NCBI GenBank assembly: GCA_039918435.1
Contig: JBDSHN010000085.1
Coordinates: forward strand, 12,666 to 76,665
Source: Bacteroidia bacterium
Lineage (GTDB): Bacteria > Bacteroidota > Bacteroidia > Palsa-965
Length of the DNA stretch: 64,000 nucleotides
Direction: 5' to 3'
Shown here: positions 1-9,171 of the stretch, one piece after another
Numbering within the stretch: the stretch's first letter is position 1
How the letters are laid out: the number at the start of each line of letters is the position of its first letter
Notes under the pieces: model-generated
Seen by the model: the letters and a program-made list of their open reading frames with translations, nothing else
Databases searched by the model: none
What the model was told of the DNA's origin: nothing
Program-made: the position numbers and the translations under genes

Positions 1-2
1 AT

Positions 3-971
3 GCAGGAGTTACAGGTACTGTTGATTTGGATGGAAGCATTGCTTTTGATCCTTACCAGCTTGCTCATGCTATTGAGTTAAACCCTGATTCAACGTACCG
101 GATTTATTCAAAGTACGGTTCTAAATTTACTGTAGTGAATAAAGACTTTAAAACGTTGGGCGATTGGATTACACAATCTCCGTTTAATTTATCCTTGTCA
201 GGCGTAAGAGTTTTAATGGACACAATTACAACGACTGAATATTTGCCGATTGATACAGCGACTTCAATTACTGATTCAGAAGGAAACGTTTATTCTGTTG
301 GTACAATTGCCAGCGGATCAAAAATAAACAGGATGCTTCTTGAAAAACGTAGCAGCAAAGGAGCATTGGTATGGTCACAAACCTACTCTGGTCCTGTAGA
401 TGGTCATGATACCGCAACTTGTATTACTATGGATTCCGATGGCTTTATATATATTGCCGGAAAGGTTTGGAATGGCAGAGGCTATGATATTCAGGCTTTG
501 AAATATGATGTTGATGGATATTTGCAATGGTCTTCACGACCTACTGATCCGAACAGTGCATACAACTATCCTTATGCGATTTTTGTTGACGAAAACGATA
601 TGACTGTTTCTGTTAACTCTGCTCGTCACGCTGGCACTACTACAAACTTCCGTTACGTGAATTGGGCGCAATGTTTGCCTTCTGGTGATAGAATTGGTCA
701 CATAGAAGAAGAGCAAGTACAACCGCAATTTAATGCGGTGAACTTCTACCCGAATCCTTCAACTGGAAAATTGACTGTGGTATTTAAAAATGGTATGGGT
801 GGTACTTTGGAACTGTTTAATACGGCAGGACAACTGGTATTCACTCAACAACTAACGCAGTCAGGAGAAGTCGAATTACCTCAAAATCAAGTGCCGGATG
901 GTCTTTATTTGATTAAATTTACAGGAGAAGGCCAACCGCAATATAATAAGTTGGTGATACAACGTAATTAA
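3..971 (+). CDS. 5'-truncated secreted beta-propeller (SBBP-like repeat) protein with T9SS C-terminal sorting domain
   Basis: The frame is open from the window edge, so the gene starts upstream. Repeated YxxDxxG(F/Y)xY propeller-like motifs. C-terminal FYPNPSTGKLTV...LYLIKF...NKLVIQRN is a Por_Secre_tail-like CTD. Confidence 0.6.
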   Translation, partial: AGVTGTVDLDGSIAFDPYQLAHAIELNPDSTYRIYSKYGSKFTVVNKDFKTLGDWITQSPFNLSLSGVRVLMDTITTTEYLPIDTATSITDSEGNVYSVGTIASGSKINRMLLEKRSSKGALVWSQTYSGPVDGHDTATCITMDSDGFIYIAGKVWNGRGYDIQALKYDVDGYLQWSSRPTDPNSAYNYPYAIFVDENDMTVSVNSARHAGTTTNFRYVNWAQCLPSGDRIGHIEEEQVQPQFNAVNFYPNPSTGKLTVVFKNGMGGTLELFNTAGQLVFTQQLTQSGEVELPQNQVPDGLYLIKFTGEGQPQYNKLVIQRN

Positions 972-1044
972 TCGCATAAATTCAATACATTATATAATAA
1001 CTCCGGCGGGCTTTTGTCCTGCCGGAGTTAATAAAAAAACGAAA

Positions 1045-2487
1045 ATGCGTTTATTGATCTATACTTTATTTTGTGCTTTGTTATCCTGCTCTGTTCATGG
1101 ACAGGCTCAGTCAATGTTGTTTGAAAAGTGGTGGGGAACTAATGACGGGTGTATTCTTTATTATGCTGATGAATTACCTAATGGTGATTATTTTTTAGTT
1201 GGTGGCAGAAAATCTACGCTTTATCCGCCGGGAGTTGGAGCATGGGATAATTACGTTTGCAGGATGGATTTCAGAGGGAATATAATATGGGAAAAGGAAA
1301 TCGGATTTCCGTATGCACAGGATTACGCTGGAGGTATCGTAAAAACAAGTTGGAACACTTACCTACTCGTAGGCACAACTGAGGGCGATACTTTGCCGGG
1401 ATATAGAAATATAGCAGTTAGAAATGTTGATGCAGATGGAAATGTTTTGTTTGAACGGTTTTTTACTTCTGGATTCTTCAATGACGGAGGTAATGTAATT
1501 GAAACTTCCGATTCCTGTTTTGTATTTCTATGTTTGATGGGCATTCCAAGTACATTTAATCAAGCTACAGGAATGATTAAAATAGATCGCAATGGAAATG
1601 AAGTATGGAGGCACAGGCATGACACGTTGCCCGGATTCTTTTACCAGATAAAACAAACTCCTGATAGCGGTTTTATTGCTTTAGGCCAAGGAACATCCAC
1701 AAGTTATGATTGTGTTTATGCAAAATTCAAGTCAGATGGAAACTTAGATTGGATAAAATACCCTTTTGGTTCATCAGATACAATCCCAAATTATCCAAGT
1801 TCAATTAGAAGTAATTTAAATGGAACCTTCGACATTTATTATGGAACAAATTATACGGCTCAGAACAATCAAATCATTCACGGTCTTTTAAAGCATTATG
1901 ATTTTCAAGGGAATTGTTTGAATACAAAAGAATATTTCAACCCGCTGTCATTGTTTACACTTGATAAAAGCGACTCTTCATTTTGCGCAATTACCAATAA
2001 TTACTCATTTTATAAAATGAATTCTGATAGTCTTTTTGAACAGAAGACAGAACTTGAGGGCAGTGATTCTTTGTACAAACGGGCGCACTATTATTATCCT
2101 ACGAGAGATGGAGGGTATTTGGGTGTGGGCGAGTATACTTACGATCCGGGCAATGTAGAGCCTCAATTCTTCATCATAAAATTTGGTGATGGAAGATATC
2201 GACCTGACTATTTTTCTGAAAGCGTAAACGTTTACCCTAACCCTTCCAATGATGGGAATATTACACTCACGTTTGATATAATGAAGGATGATGACGTGCG
2301 GGTAGATATTTTTACTACTGAGGGTAAATTGATTTATACGAATTCAATATTTTGTCCGGCAAGTTCACACACAGAACTACCCATTCGCTTGTTTGAAAAG
2401 TCGGTTAATGTGGGGATGTATATTATAGAGGCAAGAACTGCCGATGCAATTATTAGAAAAAAATTGATTGTTTCTCAAAAACCTTAG
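1045..2487 (+). CDS. secreted SBBP/beta-propeller repeat protein with T9SS C-terminal sorting domain
   Basis: N-terminal signal peptide MRLLIYTLFCALLSCSVHGQ. Repeated D(x)DGNxxWxxx motifs. C-terminal VNVYPNPSNDGNITLTFD...GMYIIEA...KKLIVSQKP is typical of a T9SS type-A CTD. Confidence 0.6.
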   Translation: MRLLIYTLFCALLSCSVHGQAQSMLFEKWWGTNDGCILYYADELPNGDYFLVGGRKSTLYPPGVGAWDNYVCRMDFRGNIIWEKEIGFPYAQDYAGGIVKTSWNTYLLVGTTEGDTLPGYRNIAVRNVDADGNVLFERFFTSGFFNDGGNVIETSDSCFVFLCLMGIPSTFNQATGMIKIDRNGNEVWRHRHDTLPGFFYQIKQTPDSGFIALGQGTSTSYDCVYAKFKSDGNLDWIKYPFGSSDTIPNYPSSIRSNLNGTFDIYYGTNYTAQNNQIIHGLLKHYDFQGNCLNTKEYFNPLSLFTLDKSDSSFCAITNNYSFYKMNSDSLFEQKTELEGSDSLYKRAHYYYPTRDGGYLGVGEYTYDPGNVEPQFFIIKFGDGRYRPDYFSESVNVYPNPSNDGNITLTFDIMKDDDVRVDIFTTEGKLIYTNSIFCPASSHTELPIRLFEKSVNVGMYIIEARTADAIIRKKLIVSQKP

Positions 2488-2554
2488 TGCCAAGCATAAT
2501 GGAAACCATGCTTTCAAAGGCACTATCCTAACTAATCACTTAAAATTTAACTAA

Positions 2555-3031
2555 ATGAAAAGGTATTCTTTTTTTACCCTGTTATTACTAACTATCAGTT
2601 TAACTATTAACGCCCAAAAACAAAAAGTAACCGTCGATAATGACACTATTAAAGTGGATGGTACGCCCTACGGAATCATTGAAAAAAAGAGTGCTTTGAA
2701 AAGTGACTATACGATTAAGTCGTTAGACGGTAAAGAACAAATTTTTCTTAGCGGTCAGGAATTCGACGACCCGACCAAAATCAATTCAGGTAATCCAAAG
2801 GGAACAGTAAGGTATTTTGAAGTTACTTTTTTGAATTCGGGCAGAAAGTGTGAAGTTGAAATTGCTTCAACAAAAAAAGGGGTTGCTAAAATTGTAGTAG
2901 AAAATCACCTCTTGAAAGGAAACGAGGTCGATTCGGATGCTGAAAAGAAATTTATTGTCGTCAATGGCACAAAGTTTACAGAGCGAAAAAATCAGCTTGC
3001 AGCCCCGAAGGTTATTATTATTGAAAAGTAA
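2555..3031 (+). CDS. hypothetical secreted protein
   Basis: 158-aa ORF with signal peptide MKRYSFFTLLLLTISLTINAQ. Followed by a perfect palindromic terminator. Confidence 0.5.
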   Translation: MKRYSFFTLLLLTISLTINAQKQKVTVDNDTIKVDGTPYGIIEKKSALKSDYTIKSLDGKEQIFLSGQEFDDPTKINSGNPKGTVRYFEVTFLNSGRKCEVEIASTKKGVAKIVVENHLLKGNEVDSDAEKKFIVVNGTKFTERKNQLAAPKVIIIEK

Positions 3032-3040
3032 ATTTGTTGA

Positions 3041-3076
3041 TTATTTATCCACGCAAAATTTTGCGTGGATAAATAA
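3041..3076. terminator. perfect 36-bp palindrome, probable bidirectional terminator
   Basis: TTATTTATCCACGCAAAATTTTGCGTGGATAAATAA lies immediately after the 2555..3031 CDS, and its last bases form a 3' T-run. Confidence 0.5.
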
Positions 3077-3546
3077 TTAGAGGGGAAAAATATGGTGGGT
3101 TGAAAATCTATTTTGGGATAAAAAAGAGGGCTTTATATCCCCGATTTTTAAGAAGCCCCTTTTTGCCTTTTCATAGGGGAAAAAGTCCGATTTTGGTATT
3201 CCAAAGGGATTTTGTATCTTTAATTCAGTTCTTTCAAATAATGAAGCGATTAACAGGTTTCGGAAATCATCTGAAACAATCAGATTACTATCTGCAAAAA
3301 CGCTTCTGCTTTCCTTCTACGGGTACTTGGTTCTATTTCGTTACTCCTTCCTCTTGCGTATCTTCGCAAACCTATGAACCATAGCCCTCCCACGGCTTTT
3401 AAAAATGTTTAATTATTAATCAACAGCCATTCTGTCTGTCGGCAGGATGGCTGTTTCCTGTTTATTCGTTTCTATCAATGAAAAATTAAATGCAATAGTT
3501 TGAATTACGGAATTGTGTTTAAGCACTAAAATTCCGGCGCAAACGT

Positions 3547-3554
3547 TATCTTTG
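3547..3554 (+). promoter_or_regulatory. candidate Bacteroidota -7 promoter element (TAnnTTTG)
   Basis: TATCTTTG lies about 29 nt upstream of the GTG start at 3584. The identical octamer sits at the same distance upstream of yidC. Confidence 0.3.
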
Positions 3555-3583
3555 TCCTACCTCTCATTTGCTATCATCTGAAC

Positions 3584-4633
3584 GTGACTAAATCTATTTT
3601 TCTTTTTATTACCGGACTGCTTTTTTCAGCTGCTGTATTTGCGCAATTGCAGGTGGACGCCGGAGCCAACAGCACCATTTGTTCAGGCACCAGTCATACG
3701 TTAGGCGGATCACCAACAGCAACCGGTGGCACAGCTCCTTACACGTACGCATGGACTCCTTCCTCCGGTTTAAGCAGCACAACCAGCGCTGCACCTACTG
3801 CAACTCCAAGTCAGCCAACCTGGTATTTCGTAACTGTAACTGATGCTGCCGGAAATACAGGAATGGACAGTATCGGTGTCGGATTTTATTCGATATGGGC
3901 CTACAATGGCGGAAAGGATACTTCAATCTGTATCGGAACTACGGCTCTGCTCGGTGGAGCGAATAACAGCACCGCAGGCGGTTGTACGTATTCGTGGACT
4001 CCTATCGCAACACTTGACAATCCGAATGCACCGCGACCGACAACTTCTACTACAGTTACCACCACTTTCTCGGTTACCATAAACAGCCCGAATTGCCCGA
4101 GTAAATCATATACTGTTACAGTTACGGTAAATCCGCTTCCTGTTGTTACAGCTTGTTGTGAAGCGACAATTAACGAAGGTGAATCAGTTAACATTGCAGG
4201 TACAGGCGCAGTGGAATATGTTTGGTCACCGGGCGCTTCATTATCTAATTCTTACACCGCTGTTACAACAGCCGAACCGTTAAACACCACACTGTATTAT
4301 GTTTATGGAAAAGATGCCAATGGCTGTATTGCAATTGATACGGTAAGAATAATTGTAATTCCGAGCTCAGAGTTGGTTTTCTATAATACGTTTTCACCAA
4401 ACGGTGATGGCATAAATGATTTTTTTTACATCGGTAACGCAGGTAAATATGCTACCAGCGTGCTTGAAGTTTATTCCCGCACCGGCCAGCTGGTTTATTC
4501 AAAAACAGACTATGACAATTCATGGGACGGAACAAACTACGGTGACAAGCTTCCTGAAGCAACGTATTATTATATTTTCAATCCCGGTGACGGAAGCTCA
4601 ACTGTATTTGGCAATGTCACTATCCTGAGATAA
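3584..4633 (+). CDS. secreted protein with T9SS type-B (gliding-motility-associated, CHU_C-like) C-terminal domain
   Basis: Signal peptide, then a Thr/Ser-rich body. C-terminal FSPNGDGINDFF...SWDGTNYGDKLPEATYYYIF...GNVTILR matches the type-B CTD consensus. Immediately followed by a PorP/SprF gene. Confidence 0.6.
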   Translation: MTKSIFLFITGLLFSAAVFAQLQVDAGANSTICSGTSHTLGGSPTATGGTAPYTYAWTPSSGLSSTTSAAPTATPSQPTWYFVTVTDAAGNTGMDSIGVGFYSIWAYNGGKDTSICIGTTALLGGANNSTAGGCTYSWTPIATLDNPNAPRPTTSTTVTTTFSVTINSPNCPSKSYTVTVTVNPLPVVTACCEATINEGESVNIAGTGAVEYVWSPGASLSNSYTAVTTAEPLNTTLYYVYGKDANGCIAIDTVRIIVIPSSELVFYNTFSPNGDGINDFFYIGNAGKYATSVLEVYSRTGQLVYSKTDYDNSWDGTNYGDKLPEATYYYIFNPGDGSSTVFGNVTILR

Positions 4634-4635
4634 AA

Positions 4636-5601
4636 ATGGAAAAAGCTGTGTTTCGATTTCTTTTGATTTTTGTCTTTGTCTTTGCGTGCAAAATGAATGC
4701 ACAGCAATTGCCTGATTTTTCTCAATACCCTGCTTACCTCTACCAGGTGAATCCTGCATATACCGGTACAAAAGGAAACATCGATGCCCGTCTGGGTTAC
4801 AGAAAACAATGGGTGGGTTACGATGGTGCGCCGGTGACACAGGTTGTGGGTCTGAACAGCCGTCTCTGGAAAGGAAGAATCGGTGCGGGAGCTACGTTGT
4901 ATAAAGATGTAACCGGCCCGACCCAACGTTTTAATTACGGTTTTACTGCTGCTTATCATCTGCGTTTTCCTGATGTTGAATTTTCCATCGGAATGGGTCT
5001 TAACTTTAACAAGTACACGCTCGACGGAACCAAATTGACAACGCATTGGGCCAATGATCCGACAGTAGATAATACCCGCATTGATTTTGATAAAACAAAA
5101 AATGCAATGGTGGGCATGCTGCTGTACAACGATCGTTTTCATTTTGGATTAGGCGTTGTGAATATCGTGAATAACAAAGCCTTGTTTTTTGCAGATGATA
5201 CAAACAAGGTCAGCCAGGTATCTTTTGTGCCACATTATTATTTTTCCTGTGGATATAATTTCAACGGCAACCCGGATTTCGTTTGGGAAAATAACCTCCT
5301 TGGATTATATGTGGTTGGATTACCGATGACACTGAATTATAACCTTCGTGTCCATTATGATGAAAAGATCATTGCGGGAGCTGGCTGGCGAATGAAGGAT
5401 GCGGTTTACCTGCAGGCCGGTTATGTCTTCTTCAAACAGATCCAGTTTATTTATTCTTATGACATTGGAATATCTCATTTGAGAAAAGGACATTCGGGTT
5501 CGCACGAGGTGATGATTGGTTACCGTACTGATTTTTACCACAGCAAGGGCGGCTATAAAAATCACGATCAGTTCCAGCGCCAGAAGTATCATATTTTCTA
5601 A
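4636..5601 (+). CDS. PorP/SprF-family type IX secretion system membrane protein
   Basis: N-terminus AQQLPDFSQYPAYLYQVNPAYTG matches the PorP/SprF signature QQxPQFSQY...NPAxAG. It starts 3 nt after the type-B CTD cargo gene. Confidence 0.65.
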   Translation: MEKAVFRFLLIFVFVFACKMNAQQLPDFSQYPAYLYQVNPAYTGTKGNIDARLGYRKQWVGYDGAPVTQVVGLNSRLWKGRIGAGATLYKDVTGPTQRFNYGFTAAYHLRFPDVEFSIGMGLNFNKYTLDGTKLTTHWANDPTVDNTRIDFDKTKNAMVGMLLYNDRFHFGLGVVNIVNNKALFFADDTNKVSQVSFVPHYYFSCGYNFNGNPDFVWENNLLGLYVVGLPMTLNYNLRVHYDEKIIAGAGWRMKDAVYLQAGYVFFKQIQFIYSYDIGISHLRKGHSGSHEVMIGYRTDFYHSKGGYKNHDQFQRQKYHIF

Positions 5602-5700
5602 GGAAGAAATCGCACAGGAAATCCACCATTTCCACGGCACGAACTACGGGTTATTCCGAAGAGTAATTTCCGATCTGACAAAATCGTAATTCTAAATCCT

Positions 5701-6474
5701 TCAAGGAATAATTTTATATTTCTCTGCAGCCTCCACGCGTGTGCAGGAATTAAAATGCCACCACTCCGTCTGTATTCCGAAAAATCCAGCCTGCCTCATT
5801 ACGCTGCGAAGGAGTTCGCGGTTGAATACTTCGCGTTGAGTCAGTATGCCGTTTTCAAGCAGCTCTTTTTCTTTTACCGGGTGCGCTTTTTCACCAAAAA
5901 AATCAAATGCCGTTCCCATATCAAGCGCAATTCCATTTTCATCAATGATCGAGAGATCTACTGCCGCGCCGTAATTATGCAGCGAACCTCTTTCCGGATT
6001 AGAAAGGTATTTTGTTTTTTCTCCACGCGGCATATCAAGCGTATCCCACATCAGCTGTTGAATATGCACAGGACGTGAAGCATCATATACAATAAGCGAA
6101 TAAAACGGGTAACGCTCTCTTAATTTTTTTTGCGCCATAACCAGTTTTTCCGCCACTTCGGGCTGCAAATAACACGCATTAAAATCACCATACATATCCA
6201 GCCCGATGAAATTATTGATTGATGAGTAGCGCAGTTCAACAACAATTTCAGAATCCAGGTCATGAATATTGACAAGCCCCATTTCAATCAGCTGTTTTTC
6301 AATTGTTGAAATTTCAGGAGTCGCTTTATCTTCCACGCTTGCATTAACGCTATCTGGCTTTTTTTCAACTATAATTTTTTCCTCCGGCACATATCGTTCA
6401 TCGCTGTTGTTCGTTTGCCCGAAACAGCCAATCAGCACCAACGGAAAAGCAAAAAGTAAAAATCTGATGTTCAC
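5701..6474 (-). CDS. M15-family metallopeptidase (D-Ala-D-Ala dipeptidase VanX/DdpX-like), lipoprotein
   Basis: Lipoprotein-type signal LVLIGCFGQ. SLHNYGAAVD matches the M15 SxHxxGxAxD motif. Confidence 0.55.
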   Translation of the reverse strand: MNIRFLLFAFPLVLIGCFGQTNNSDERYVPEEKIIVEKKPDSVNASVEDKATPEISTIEKQLIEMGLVNIHDLDSEIVVELRYSSINNFIGLDMYGDFNACYLQPEVAEKLVMAQKKLRERYPFYSLIVYDASRPVHIQQLMWDTLDMPRGEKTKYLSNPERGSLHNYGAAVDLSIIDENGIALDMGTAFDFFGEKAHPVKEKELLENGILTQREVFNRELLRSVMRQAGFFGIQTEWWHFNSCTRVEAAEKYKIIP

Positions 6475-6740
6475 GACATAAATGTACCTAAGGCAGCCTG
6501 ATAGCTGAAAATTTCGAACAAAAAAAACAAGAACTTTATACTCACCCCTACCCTCCCATCAATAATCCCCAATTACCATCACTAATCACCGATTACCAAT
6601 CACTACCCACCAATCACCTCCGCCGCGGCGGACACTTATTACCTTTTTCAGCCAATCACCCCGCATAACCACCGTTCAAAAAACAATGTATGCCAATAGC
6701 CTGAGAATGTTTATTTTCGGGCTTTCTAAACCACCTATAA

Positions 6741-8789
6741 ATGAAACGTCAACTCATACTTATCGGTCTTGTGGCCGGTGCCGGATTATTCACACTGGCA
6801 TTCAAAGAAAATTTAACAGGCGCAGGCACATATAAAGCTGTTGATCCTGCCAATTTTAATACCAGCGTTCGTCCGCAGGATGATTTTTATGAATATGTAA
6901 ACGGAAACTGGATCAAAAAAAATCCGATTCCTGCTACAGAAACCGGTTGGGGAAATTTTAATGTGCTCAATGAAAAAAGCCAGGCAGCGCTGCGCACCAT
7001 CTGCGAAGAATCAGCTGCTAATATGAAAGCTGTTGCAGGATCCAACGAACAAAAGATCGGCGACTTTTTTGCTTCCGGAATGGATTCTACTGCCATCGAA
7101 ACGGAAAAGCTGTATGCGATTCAGCCTATGCTGGACAGGATCAACCAGATGAAATTTCCTGCTGATATTACATTGACCATCGCGTCATTACATAAAGTGC
7201 AGGCGGGTGCCGGATTCGGATTTTTTGTAATGGCGGATATGAAAGACAGCAAGGTGAATATGCCTTACCTTTTTCAGAATGGCCTCGGTCTTCCTGAAAA
7301 AGAGTATTACACAAGCGATGATACCAAAGCATTTCGTGAAGGTTACAAAACCCATCTTGAAAACATGTTTGTGCTGATGGGCGATGATAATGCTACAGCC
7401 AAACAGAATGCAATTATGGTTTTTGATTTTGAAAAGAAACTTGCTGATTCAAGCATGTCGGCAGTTGAAATGCGCGATCAGGAAAAGCAATACAACAAAA
7501 TGACGATTGCAGAAGTGAAGCAGCTTGCTCCTGATTTTTCATGGCCGGTTTATTTCAAAACACTCCAGGCACCGGAAATGAAAGAGATCATTGTTGCACA
7601 GCCTTCTTTTATTCGTCAGTTCAATCACATGATCACATCAGAATCGATGGCTGCATGGAAAGCATATTTACGCTGGCACCTGGTTCACCTGTGTGCACCA
7701 AAATTGTACAAACCTATTGCGGATGAAAATTTTGCTTTTTACGGAACAGCATTAAGCGGTGCGCAAAAACAACAGCCACGCTGGAAAAGAGTGCTTGCTA
7801 CAACGGATGGCGCATTAGGCGAAGCGGTGGGACAGTTATATGTTGCAAAAAACTTCAGCGAAGAATCAAAAAAGCGCGTGAATGTAATGGTGGATAACCT
7901 CATGGCTTCTTATACAGAGCGTATCAACTCACGCGACTGGATGAGCGAACCGACAAAAAAGGCAGCACTTACCAAACTCGGAACAATTCTGCGCAAGCTT
8001 GGGTTTCCTGATAAATGGAGAGATTATTCAGGACTTAACATTAACCGCAAATCTTATGTGATGAACTTCCTTCATTCGAACAGCTTTGATGTTACTTACA
8101 ACCTGAATAAGCTGAACAAGCCTGTGGATCGTATGGAATGGGGAATGACACCGGCAACAATCAATGCCTATTACAATCCTTCCAACAACGAAATCGTATT
8201 TCCGGCAGCGATCATGCAGGCTCCATTCTTCGATGCGCGTGCTGATGATGCTGTAAATTACGGTGCAATGGGCGCAATTATCGGCCACGAGCTGACACAT
8301 GGTTTCGACGACCAGGGATCTATGTTTGACTCTGAAGGAAACATGAAAAACTGGTGGAGTGAAGATGACACAAAGCAATTCAATTCGAAAACAAAGCAGC
8401 TCGTAAACCAGTTCAATAATTTTGTGGCGATCGACAGCATTAACCTGCATGTGAATGGCGAACTCACTTTAGGTGAAAACATCGCTGACCTTGGCGGACT
8501 GACTATTGCTTATTACGCTTACAAACATTCTTTAATTGGTAAAGAAATACCTGCTAAAATTGACGGATTTACCGGCGAGCAGCGCTTCTTTATTTCATGG
8601 GCACAAGGCTGGAGAAACAGTCAGCGTCCGAATGCGTTGATCAATATGGTGAAAACCAACCCGCATTCGCCAGCTAAATTCCGCGTGCTGGGACCACTTT
8701 CAAACATGCAGGAATTTTACGATGCATTCGGTGTAATGCCAACCGACAAAATGTACCGCGCACCTGAGGATCGTGTTTTAATCTGGTAA
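6741..8789 (+). CDS. M13-family zinc metallopeptidase (neprilysin/PepO-like)
   Basis: HELTHGFDDQG (HExxH), GENIADLGG and NAYY motifs. 682 aa with a signal peptide. Confidence 0.8.
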   Translation: MKRQLILIGLVAGAGLFTLAFKENLTGAGTYKAVDPANFNTSVRPQDDFYEYVNGNWIKKNPIPATETGWGNFNVLNEKSQAALRTICEESAANMKAVAGSNEQKIGDFFASGMDSTAIETEKLYAIQPMLDRINQMKFPADITLTIASLHKVQAGAGFGFFVMADMKDSKVNMPYLFQNGLGLPEKEYYTSDDTKAFREGYKTHLENMFVLMGDDNATAKQNAIMVFDFEKKLADSSMSAVEMRDQEKQYNKMTIAEVKQLAPDFSWPVYFKTLQAPEMKEIIVAQPSFIRQFNHMITSESMAAWKAYLRWHLVHLCAPKLYKPIADENFAFYGTALSGAQKQQPRWKRVLATTDGALGEAVGQLYVAKNFSEESKKRVNVMVDNLMASYTERINSRDWMSEPTKKAALTKLGTILRKLGFPDKWRDYSGLNINRKSYVMNFLHSNSFDVTYNLNKLNKPVDRMEWGMTPATINAYYNPSNNEIVFPAAIMQAPFFDARADDAVNYGAMGAIIGHELTHGFDDQGSMFDSEGNMKNWWSEDDTKQFNSKTKQLVNQFNNFVAIDSINLHVNGELTLGENIADLGGLTIAYYAYKHSLIGKEIPAKIDGFTGEQRFFISWAQGWRNSQRPNALINMVKTNPHSPAKFRVLGPLSNMQEFYDAFGVMPTDKMYRAPEDRVLIW

Positions 8790-9040
8790 AAAACGAAAAT
8801 CTTAAAAGAAAGCCTGTTCTGCAAAGAGCGGGCTTTTTTTTGGAGCGAAAGGAGCAGGCAATCCACCGCGGCGGAGGAGACAGGATCCTGTATAATTGAA
8901 AGATATCAGGGGAAAAGAGAATAAGGCACAACATTATTATTCCCGTTATCTAAAATAATACAGCAATTCATACGACCTTATTATAAATGATACAGCCATT
9001 AACCTTTCCCTGCCGTCTTTCTTGCTGCCCCTCTTTTTTC

Positions 9041-9095
9041 CTCCGCCGCGGCGGATTTCCTGCCCCTCTTTTCCTGCCCTTCCGCCGCGGCGGAT
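9041..9095. repeat. two tandem copies of the dispersed intergenic element (TCCGCCGCGGCGGATTTCCTGCCCC)
   Basis: CTCCGCCGCGGCGGATTTCCTGCCCCTCTTTTCCTGCCCTTCCGCCGCGGCGGATTTCCTGCCCC lies about 80 nt upstream of yidC. Confidence 0.7.
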
Positions 9096-9137
9096 TTCCT
9101 GCCCCTTACTTTCATGCAAATTTCTCCTGTTAATAAG

Positions 9138-9145
9138 TATCTTTG
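9138..9145 (+). promoter_or_regulatory. candidate -7 promoter element TATCTTTG upstream of yidC
   Basis: The TAnnTTTG consensus lies about 27 nt upstream of the ATG at 9172. Confidence 0.3.
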
Positions 9146-9171
9146 CGCCCTCTAAGTAACCAATACATTAA

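Noticed and set aside
3041-3076. Perfect 36-bp palindrome whose half-sites TTATCCACG resemble the DnaA box TTATCCACA. I considered it as an origin or DnaA-titration site.
   Set aside because: It is a single isolated site 60 kb from dnaA and lies directly after a CDS stop with a T-rich 3' end. A bidirectional terminator is the simpler explanation.
3100-3384. 94-aa ORF in the track
   Set aside because: It starts inside the terminator region, has low-complexity composition, and has no signal, motif or coupling to neighbours. Probably non-coding.
5755-6481. Plus-strand ORFs antisense to the M15 peptidase gene
   Set aside because: Embedded antisense frames with no support.
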